Shown here in pieces: positions 1 through 7,069 of a stretch of 13,358 bases of DNA (the stretch's first letter is position 1; every line of letters starts with the position of its first letter). The notes under the pieces were generated by a model. That model ran no database searches. It was given only the letters and a program-made list of their open reading frames with translations, and was not told where the DNA came from. A program made the translations under genes and the position numbers. The stretch is from Promethearchaeia archaeon (GTDB lineage Archaea; Asgardarchaeota; Lokiarchaeia; Sigyniarchaeales; SOKP01), in the NCBI GenBank assembly GCA_046497275.1, contig JAWOFX010000025.1, positions 1 through 13,358 on the forward strand. The letters run 5' to 3'.

Positions 1-993
1 TTATCCGCTTGGATGACTTGGAAATGCGCTTGTGTTGATATTCCGCTTGGAGGGGCAAAAGGAGGAATTATTTGTAATCCAAAAGAAATGAGTAATGGAG
101 AATTAGAAAAACTCGCTCGAGCCTACATTAGGAAATTAGCAGAAAATATTGGACCTCAAATAGACGTTCCCGCGCCTGACGTATATACAAATCCTCAAAT
201 TATGGCATGGATGATGGATGAATATGAAACGATTTATCGTAAGCATTCCCCCTCTATGATTACTGGTAAGCCTCTTCCGCTAGGAGGTTCTGCAGGACGT
301 TCAATCGCAACTGCTAAAGGAGGCACTTTTTGCATAAGAGAAGCTGCGAATGATATCGGGTTAAATTTAAGTGGTGCCACTATAGCAATTCAAGGTTTTG
401 GAAATGCTGGGCACCATGTAGCGCGATTGCTCCAAGAAGAATATCATTCAAAAATAATCGCAGTTTCAGATACAGGAGGAGCTATTTATAATCCCAATGG
501 AATTGATGCAGGAAAAGTTTATGAACATAAGAATAAAACAGGATCGATTATAGATTTTATAGGTTCCATTAAAATATCTAATGAGGATCTATTAGAATTA
601 GATTGTGATGTATTAATCCCAGCAGCTATAGAGAATGCTATAACCAAAAAAAATGCTCCTAATATTAAAGCAAAGATTTTAGCCGAACTTGCTAATGGTC
701 CAACAACTCCAAATGCAGATACTATTCTTTTTGATAAAGGAATTTTCGTTATACCCGATTTTTTATGCAATGCGGGAGGAGTGACGGTGTCTTACTTTGA
801 AATGGTGCAAGGAAAGTATATTTATTTTTGGACTGAAGAGGAAGTATTTAATGCATTAGATAAAATAATGACTAATGCATACAAAAATACCGTTCAAACA
901 GCTAAAGAATTCAATGCTAATAACCGGATGGGGGCATATATCATCGCTATTGAACGAGTAATTGAAGCAATGAAACTTCGGGGCTGGATTTAA
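1..993 (+). CDS. gdhA: Glu/Leu/Phe/Val dehydrogenase, most likely glutamate dehydrogenase; 5'-truncated by the window edge
   Basis: The frame is open from base 1 (LSAW-MTWKC...), so the ATG at 13 is internal. Motifs: [28 protein letters not shown], Rossmann [35 protein letters not shown]-terminal R.GAY..A..RV..AMKLRGW. Stop TAA at 991-993. Confidence 0.95.
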   Translation, partial: LSAWMTWKCACVDIPLGGAKGGIICNPKEMSNGELEKLARAYIRKLAENIGPQIDVPAPDVYTNPQIMAWMMDEYETIYRKHSPSMITGKPLPLGGSAGRSIATAKGGTFCIREAANDIGLNLSGATIAIQGFGNAGHHVARLLQEEYHSKIIAVSDTGGAIYNPNGIDAGKVYEHKNKTGSIIDFIGSIKISNEDLLELDCDVLIPAAIENAITKKNAPNIKAKILAELANGPTTPNADTILFDKGIFVIPDFLCNAGGVTVSYFEMVQGKYIYFWTEEEVFNALDKIMTNAYKNTVQTAKEFNANNRMGAYIIAIERVIEAMKLRGWI

Positions 994-1136
994 GATATAT
1001 CCCTCTTATACTTGCACAATTCTACTCTCTCATCAATTAGTAATAAATATTAATTCCTAAGATCGAGTAATAACTTTTTATAGCAACCAAATAATCTTTT
1101 ATATTATCCAAAAATAAAACATTTACTAAAATAAAA

Positions 1137-1142
1137 GGGTGA
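1137..1142 (+). promoter_or_regulatory. Shine-Dalgarno-like site GGGTGA
   Basis: Lies 6 nt before the TTG at 1149 and supports that start codon. Confidence 0.6.
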
Positions 1143-1148
1143 AATAGT

Positions 1149-1931
1149 TTGGATTTCGATTTTCCGTTTAATCCATTTTTAGTTGGTATAATAGCTCTTA
1201 TCGTAGTTATAAGTATATTTATTATCATTTTACTGGCTACAAGTGTCAAAATAGTCACAGAATATAATAGGTTAATAGTATTCAGATTTGGAAGATATAA
1301 AAGAACTGTTGGTCCAGGAATTGTCGTTATTTTACCGTTCATAGAACGTTCTGAGATGGTTGATTTAAGAATAAAAACATTAGACATTGCGCGCCAAGAG
1401 ATTATAACTAAAGATAATATTCCAATAACCATCGATACATCCGTTTTTTATAAAGTAATTAATCCGGAGTATGCGAAAACGAAGATTGAGAATTTTGTTA
1501 GGGCTGTTTTAAATTATACCCAAGGTGCTCTCAGAGATGTTATTGGGAACATGGAATTAGATGAAGTACTGACCCAAAGAGAAAAGATCTCCAGTGAAAT
1601 TCGCAGGGTCGTAGATGAAGAAACAAGAGAATGGGGTATTGAAATAAGCCAGATTAAGATCCAACAAATCGAGCTTCCAGAAAATATGAAGCGTGCGATG
1701 GCAGTTCAAGCAGAAAAAGAAAGAGAGAAGAGAGCTGCGATAATTGCCTCTGAAGGAGAGTTAGAAGCCTCAAAGAATATTGCGGAAGCTGGCAGAATAT
1801 TATCTGAAACACCATCTGCAATTCAACTCCGTACACTGCAAACAATTCAAGATATTGCTCAAGAGCCATCTCAGAAGATCTTAATTTTTTTACCAACTCA
1901 AATTGGAAAGCTGCTTGACAAATTTAAATAG
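1149..1931 (+). CDS. SPFH/band-7 stomatin-like membrane protein
   Basis: N-terminal hydrophobic anchor, then FRFGRY..TVGPG...ILPFIE, VDLR, QEIITKDN, LRDVIG.MELDE.L..RE.I, WGIE, MA.QAE.ERE.RA.II.SEGE, and C-terminal PSAIQLRTLQTI resembling stomatin PAALQLRYLQTL. TTG start with SD. Confidence 0.95.
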   Translation: MDFDFPFNPFLVGIIALIVVISIFIIILLATSVKIVTEYNRLIVFRFGRYKRTVGPGIVVILPFIERSEMVDLRIKTLDIARQEIITKDNIPITIDTSVFYKVINPEYAKTKIENFVRAVLNYTQGALRDVIGNMELDEVLTQREKISSEIRRVVDEETREWGIEISQIKIQQIELPENMKRAMAVQAEKEREKRAAIIASEGELEASKNIAEAGRILSETPSAIQLRTLQTIQDIAQEPSQKILIFLPTQIGKLLDKFK

Positions 1932-1938
1932 AGAGTGA

Positions 1939-1968
1939 TTTTCTTTAACTTTTTTTTTATCTTTATTT
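1939..1968 (+). terminator. Putative archaeal-type oligo(T) terminator after the SPFH gene
   Basis: T-rich tract with a T9 run at 1950-1958, directly after the stop codon. Confidence 0.4.
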
Positions 1969-2045
1969 CCACATACTAAGAAATATTAGTCCCATTTGAT
2001 ATCTAAATAATTGATAGAAAATATTTTTTTACTGAATATCATCAA

Positions 2046-2051
2046 GAGTGA
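2046..2051 (+). promoter_or_regulatory. Shine-Dalgarno-like site GAGTGA
   Basis: Lies 6 nt before the ATG at 2058. Same motif and spacing as before 9287. Confidence 0.5.
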
Positions 2052-2057
2052 AAAATA

Positions 2058-3056
2058 ATGGAAAAAACAGTTTTAAATTTGAAGTACTCCTTTTTGCATG
2101 AATCGCAAATGATTTCTCTCTATAAAATATTTTCACGAAAAGCAGCCCAAGAAGGATATAATTTAATATCAAACTTTTTTGAAGATATATCAATTAATAA
2201 ACAACAAAATGCATATTGGACTTACATGATACTGCAGAAATTAGATGATCTACAAGAAATCGAAGAATCTTCCGTAAAATTCGAAGATATTCCCTCAATA
2301 GGAACAACTTCAGAAAATCTTGCAACTGCAGTGAAGATTGAAGATTATGAGTGGAGAATAATGTATGATGATTTTGCAAAGACTGCCAGAGAAGAGGGTT
2401 TGGATGAGATTGCATCTCGACTTCAACTTATTTCAAATAGAGAGCGTAAATTCTTCGAGCGTTTTAAAATCTTTTCTAGTCTATTTTCTGATAAAAAATT
2501 AATGAGAAATCAGAGTATTGTGGTGTGGGAATGTCAAGGATGCGGATTTCAAATAGCAAAAGAAAACTTACCAAAAGATTGGGTATGTCCTTCATGTGGG
2601 CATCTTCAAACTTATTTTGAAAAAAAGTTTTTAAATTACACTACTGGAGATAGAAATGTATGGGTATGTATGGAGTGCGGTGAAGAGGTAAATATAGAAA
2701 ATTTACCAAGAGATTGGAATTGTCCGAATTGCGGTAAACCAAAGGAATATTTCCGAAGGAAAAAATCAGATAATGTGAAAGATGACATCTTCAGCTTACC
2801 AAAATCAGAATGGGAATGTATGGAATGTGGAAATACTGCGATTGCAATGGATGAGTTACCAGATGATTGGAAATGTATAAATTGTGGAGCATCAAAAGCA
2901 TATTTTAGGCGAATATCAACTAAACCCAGTAAAACGACCTATACGTTCAAAAAGCGAGAAAAAGCGATTTGGTATTGTCCTTCTTGTGGGAAAGAGGTAG
3001 AAATAGATCTGCCTCCTAATTGGAAATGTCCTACTTGTGGATTCTCAGTATACTAA
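2058..3056 (+). CDS. Rubrerythrin-like ferritin-fold domain (degenerate diiron site) fused to four rubredoxin-like CxxC...CxxC modules
   Basis: aa 1-150 align by eye to rubrerythrin (ESQ...Y..F...A..EG, T.ENL, E..E...MY..FA..AREEG..EIA). aa 157-332 contain four WxCxxCG-x(11-13)-W-x-CxxCG modules bearing the rubredoxin LPx(D/N)WxC motif. Confidence 0.85.
   Translation: MEKTVLNLKYSFLHESQMISLYKIFSRKAAQEGYNLISNFFEDISINKQQNAYWTYMILQKLDDLQEIEESSVKFEDIPSIGTTSENLATAVKIEDYEWRIMYDDFAKTAREEGLDEIASRLQLISNRERKFFERFKIFSSLFSDKKLMRNQSIVVWECQGCGFQIAKENLPKDWVCPSCGHLQTYFEKKFLNYTTGDRNVWVCMECGEEVNIENLPRDWNCPNCGKPKEYFRRKKSDNVKDDIFSLPKSEWECMECGNTAIAMDELPDDWKCINCGASKAYFRRISTKPSKTTYTFKKREKAIWYCPSCGKEVEIDLPPNWKCPTCGFSVY
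2526..3053 (+). repeat. Four protein-level tandem repeats (rubredoxin-like modules) at about 2526-2627, 2661-2762, 2811-2912 and 2970-3053
   Basis: Cys pairs at C159/162-C177/180, C204/207-C222/225, C254/257-C273/276 and C307/310-C324/327. Diverged at DNA level. Confidence 0.9.
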
Positions 3057-3126
3057 CTTTTTAAAACTATTTCAATTATTTTAATAATCTCATTAATTAT
3101 TAATTTTTTAGTTAATTGAAACAATT

Positions 3127-4323
3127 ATGTCTTTTGAAAAAGAAATTGAACTCGCTAAAGATCATTTCGCACAAATAGTTAAAGAACAATTAGAACGAAT
3201 TAAACGCTTAAAGGAAGAAGGAGATTGGATTGATTATTCTAAGTTAGAGCCCATAATTATTGGAATTATTGGAGGGGATGGAATCGGCCCGGAAATCTCT
3301 CGCTATGCTAAGAAAGTTCTTGAATTTTTGCTAAGAAAGGAGATAAAGAACAATAAGATTGAATTAAGGACTATAGAAGGATTAACTATTGAAAATAGAG
3401 CAAAATTAATGGAAGCTGTACCTAAGAACGTGCTGGAAGTGATTAAAAAGTGTCATGTATTATTAAAAGGTCCAACTACTACACCTCGAAAGGGAGATAA
3501 ATGGCCGAATATAGAAAGTGCGAATGTAGCTTTAAGACGGACGCTCGATTTATTTGCAAATATTAGACCTGTAAGAGTTCCAGAGAAAAATATAGACTGG
3601 TTATTTTTTAGAGAAAATACTGAAGGTGCCTATATATTAGGTTCAAAAGGCATAAATATAACAGAAGATTTAGCAATCGATTTTAAAGCAATTACCACAC
3701 AAGGTGCCGAACGTATCCTAAAATTAGCATTCGAATATGCTGAAAAAAATAATATAGATAAAGTAACAGTCGTCACAAAAGCGAATGTTATCAAAACATC
3801 AGATGGTAAATTCTTATCAATTGCTGAAAAAATCGCTCAAGAATATCCCAATATAGAGGTAGATGATTGGTATATTGATATTATTACTGCAAAACTTATT
3901 GATCCATCTCGTCAAAGTCAATTCAAAGTCTTTGTTGCCCCTAATTTATATGGAGATATTATCACTGATGAAGCTGCTCAAATGCAAGGAGGTGTGGGTA
4001 CTGCAGGGAGTGTTAATCTTGGTAAACGATATGCCATGTTTGAGGCAATTCACGGATCCGCACTAAGAATGGTAGAAGAAGGACGATCTCAATATGCAGA
4101 TCCTTCAAGTTTGCTACGCGCTGTTGTAATGATGTTGGATCATATTGGCTTTGAAAAGAATGCAAAACACCTTGAGATGGCTCTTGATATCTGCGGTACA
4201 TATGAGAAAAAGATTTTTCCAACGGGACGATCAAATGGAGCAACTGGGGAAGACTATGTGAAATATATAATGAATACACTTCAAGACTCTAAGTTGGAAC
4301 AAAAATGGAAATCTTTTCAATAA
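3127..4323 (+). CDS. Isocitrate/isopropylmalate (beta-decarboxylating) dehydrogenase family; probably isocitrate or homoisocitrate dehydrogenase
   Basis: GDGIGPEI, LKGPTTTP, SANVALRR.LDLFANIRPV (the Ser/Asn pair is IDH/HICDH-like, not the IPMDH Glu-Leu-Leu type), RENTEGAY, TKANVIK.SDG.F, PNLYGDIITD, FEAIHGSA. Confidence 0.9.
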   Translation: MSFEKEIELAKDHFAQIVKEQLERIKRLKEEGDWIDYSKLEPIIIGIIGGDGIGPEISRYAKKVLEFLLRKEIKNNKIELRTIEGLTIENRAKLMEAVPKNVLEVIKKCHVLLKGPTTTPRKGDKWPNIESANVALRRTLDLFANIRPVRVPEKNIDWLFFRENTEGAYILGSKGINITEDLAIDFKAITTQGAERILKLAFEYAEKNNIDKVTVVTKANVIKTSDGKFLSIAEKIAQEYPNIEVDDWYIDIITAKLIDPSRQSQFKVFVAPNLYGDIITDEAAQMQGGVGTAGSVNLGKRYAMFEAIHGSALRMVEEGRSQYADPSSLLRAVVMMLDHIGFEKNAKHLEMALDICGTYEKKIFPTGRSNGATGEDYVKYIMNTLQDSKLEQKWKSFQ

Positions 4324-4572
4324 ATGCTTTTAATTTTTAATATTATCTTCTCTTATTAGTTCAAAGCAATTAGAATAACCTTTACCTACCAAAATTTTAT
4401 AATAAAAATGAGTTTAGGGTACCGGAAGGATTTTTGAATTATTTTTAAAATTCTGTGAGCTATTCTATAATTAGGGATTTCTTTCTTCAATCATATATAT
4501 CACTCGTTAGATTTATTAGATGTTATTTATTACTCTTCATAATTACGCTCGCCTCTCTTATTTCAGTAAACA

Positions 4573-5880
4573 ATGAATATTCCAATCCTAATAATCAGTT
4601 TTATCTTTTTTGCATTAATCATCATCAGTTATACTATTGAGAGACTCGACTTTGTAGCCATCTCTCTGCTTTCTAGCTTTATCGCCGCTACCATCACAGG
4701 GGCAACCTTGGGTATAGGAATTAATGCTTTTGTTGGTCATATCGAATTTGAAGCAATAATAATTATCTTAAGCATGAGTATTATCACCAAAATCGCTGAA
4801 GACTCGAATATTTTAGAATATCTTGCGGTTAAATTATTTCAAATCTCTCGTGGAAGCCAGAGAGTGTTTTTCTATCTGATTTGTATAATTACTACTCTAC
4901 TCGCAGCAATAATCACCGATGTTGTGGTAGTGCTCATTATTGCTCCCGTGGTTATCCGTCTTTGCCATTTTTTAAAGATCCGTTCCGGTACATATTTGAT
5001 GGGCATGACAATATGTATTAACATAGGATCAATCATTACTCCCTTCTCAAGCGGAGAAAATATTATAATATCGACTGAATTTGGTTTGAATACGCTCTAT
5101 TTTATTCAGAACTATTGGGTTTTTTCATTTCTTTTATTATTTTTAACTGTTTTTTTATTAGATCGATTTTATCTCAGTAAAGAACCGAAAATCGAAGAGC
5201 AACAAAAACAATTTGTTATACAATTAATCAACAGCGATGTTGTAATTAAAAATAAGAAAATGTTTTATATTAATAGCGTCGGGATCATTATTACCATCGC
5301 TCTTTTCGCGATCCTTCCATCATTATATTTAACAGCTCTTATTTCTGCCATGATACTCGTTCTCCTTAATAAAGGATTCACTAAAAAGACAATGAGTGAG
5401 CTCTTAAGAGACGTAGAGTGGGAAATAATCTTCTTTTTTATTTCATTATATATTGTGGTTGGGTGCTTATTGGAAGCGGGATTCCAAGATATATTTGAAG
5501 GGATTCCTTTTAATCTTGTAAATCCCATTCTCTTGAGTTTTCTTCTACTCCTAATTGTTAGTGGCATGAGTGGCGTCATCGCTAACACCCCGACTGCCTT
5601 AATCTTTATTTACATCATTCAAACTTTGATTAATAGTTTTGGATTCCTTCCAGTTCCTCTATATTTTGCTTTAATAATAGGAATAAATCTTGGTGGCAAT
5701 TTTCTGGTTCAAGGCGCCGCATGCGATATGATGACGCTTAAAATCGCTCAAGATTCAGGGGTTACAAATCTTGATTATAAACGCTTAGCCAAAAATGGCG
5801 CATTATTCGCACTCATACACATCGGAGCATCTATTATATATTTATTATTCATATATCTTTTTTCAATGATTTTCAGTTAA
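4573..5880 (+). CDS. ArsB/NhaD/SLC13 (ion-transporter superfamily) permease, paralog 1
   Basis: Highly hydrophobic with about 12 TM segments. Motifs ..D.VV.VLI..PV, NIGS.ITP....ENII, DVEWE.IFFF..LY..VG.LLEAG, .ANTP, G.NLGGN....GA. In-frame TAA just upstream fixes the start. Substrate cannot be determined. Confidence 0.88.
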   Translation: MNIPILIISFIFFALIIISYTIERLDFVAISLLSSFIAATITGATLGIGINAFVGHIEFEAIIIILSMSIITKIAEDSNILEYLAVKLFQISRGSQRVFFYLICIITTLLAAIITDVVVVLIIAPVVIRLCHFLKIRSGTYLMGMTICINIGSIITPFSSGENIIISTEFGLNTLYFIQNYWVFSFLLLFLTVFLLDRFYLSKEPKIEEQQKQFVIQLINSDVVIKNKKMFYINSVGIIITIALFAILPSLYLTALISAMILVLLNKGFTKKTMSELLRDVEWEIIFFFISLYIVVGCLLEAGFQDIFEGIPFNLVNPILLSFLLLLIVSGMSGVIANTPTALIFIYIIQTLINSFGFLPVPLYFALIIGINLGGNFLVQGAACDMMTLKIAQDSGVTNLDYKRLAKNGALFALIHIGASIIYLLFIYLFSMIFS

Positions 5881-6183
5881 TTTACTAAACAATTTATAAT
5901 ATGAATTTAAACAATTTTGAAAAAATTTTAAGATATATTATACCGAATTTTTGGATTATATGAGAATTATTAATAAGATGGAGATATTTGAAATCCTCCA
6001 ATTATATTAAATAAAAAACACCAAAAAGATAAAATTAATATTTTTATTATTTTTGGCGATTTCAGATTATTTTTAAAAAGAAATCAGGAAACTTAGCTAT
6101 GGAATATTATCCCATTGCTTATTAGGGTCATTTGATATGATAAATAATGCTTAGTTTTAATCAATTATAATGAATAAACATAA

Positions 6184-6190
6184 GAGGTGA
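6184..6190 (+). promoter_or_regulatory. Strong Shine-Dalgarno site GAGGTGA
   Basis: Lies 7 nt before the ATG at 6198. Confidence 0.7.
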
Positions 6191-6197
6191 AAGATTT

Positions 6198-6998
6198 ATG
6201 CCTAGAGAGAAAATAAACAATATGGAATTATATTATGAAACATACGGAGAAGGAGATCCTTTGGTTATGATTATGGGCTTAAGCGCTAATATTGATTGGT
6301 GGCCTCCAACATTTTTAGATATTATGAAAAAAAACTTTGAGATAATAGTTTTCGATAATCGGGATGCGGGTAGGTCAGAAAATGTTGAGGAAAATTATGA
6401 ATTGAAAGATTTAGCGATTGATACTGTTGGGCTTATGGATAAACTAAATATTAAAAAAGCACATATTTTAGGCATTAGTATGGGAGGAATGATTGCGCAA
6501 GAGCTAGTATTAAACTATCCAGAACGAGTAAATAAATTAGTTTTAGCATCTACTAATTGTGGTAATCCAAAATCTATTTTGCCATCCAAAAGAGTATTAG
6601 CAGATCTAACTAAAGATAGAGAGGGACGCTCTGAAAAAGAAATCATTGAGGATTTTATAGATTTACTTTATACAGATAAATTTATAGAGGAAAATCCAGA
6701 TTATATAGAAAATGCAAAAAGAAGGATGATGAAAGCACCAATTAAACCAGAGGCTTATCAACGCCAAATTAAAGCAATACTAACATTTAATTCAGGGAGA
6801 AGGCTAAAAAACATAAAAGCTCCAACATTAGTTATACATGGAAAAGACGATATTCTATTACCTCCCAAAAACGCCGAAATTATAGCTGATGCTATTCCAA
6901 ATGCAAAATTAGAATATTTTGAAAAAAGTGGACATACTTTATTCTCCCATCAACCCGAAAAAGTAGGTCAGACTGTGCTAAATTTCTTAAAGAATTAG
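6198..6998 (+). CDS. Alpha/beta-fold hydrolase (enol-lactonase/esterase-like), paralog 1
   Basis: LYYE..GEG.P, FDNRDAGRS, nucleophile elbow GISMGG (Ser94), PERV.KLVL, PTLVIHG..D (Asp218), SGH (His246). Catalytic triad intact. Confidence 0.95.
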   Translation: MPREKINNMELYYETYGEGDPLVMIMGLSANIDWWPPTFLDIMKKNFEIIVFDNRDAGRSENVEENYELKDLAIDTVGLMDKLNIKKAHILGISMGGMIAQELVLNYPERVNKLVLASTNCGNPKSILPSKRVLADLTKDREGRSEKEIIEDFIDLLYTDKFIEENPDYIENAKRRMMKAPIKPEAYQRQIKAILTFNSGRRLKNIKAPTLVIHGKDDILLPPKNAEIIADAIPNAKLEYFEKSGHTLFSHQPEKVGQTVLNFLKN

Positions 6999-7069
6999 AC
7001 TTCATTGATTATTCAAAATTCAAATTAATCAACTTTTTATTATAAATTAAAATAGGAAAATAAAAAGGA

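Noticed and set aside
13-993. ATG at 13 as the GDH start
   Set aside because: The frame is open to base 1 and the N-terminal ~90 aa typical of GDH are missing, so the gene begins upstream of the window. It is not a pseudogene.
519-2415. ORF-track entries 519..770, 1037..1432, 1654..1896 and 2194..2415 (- strand)
   Set aside because: They lie antisense to well-supported genes (GDH, SPFH, rubrerythrin-like) and have no recognisable motifs; treated as shadow ORFs.
2526-3053. Repeats in the rubredoxin region as a CRISPR array or DNA tandem repeat
   Set aside because: The similarity is at protein level only, with variable unit length and no identical DNA repeats or spacers.
3863-5588. ORF-track entries 3863..4066, 4013..4279, 4455..4640 and 5265..5588
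   Set aside because: They are out-of-frame or antisense overlaps of the dehydrogenase and permease 1 genes, with low-complexity AT-driven composition and no motifs.
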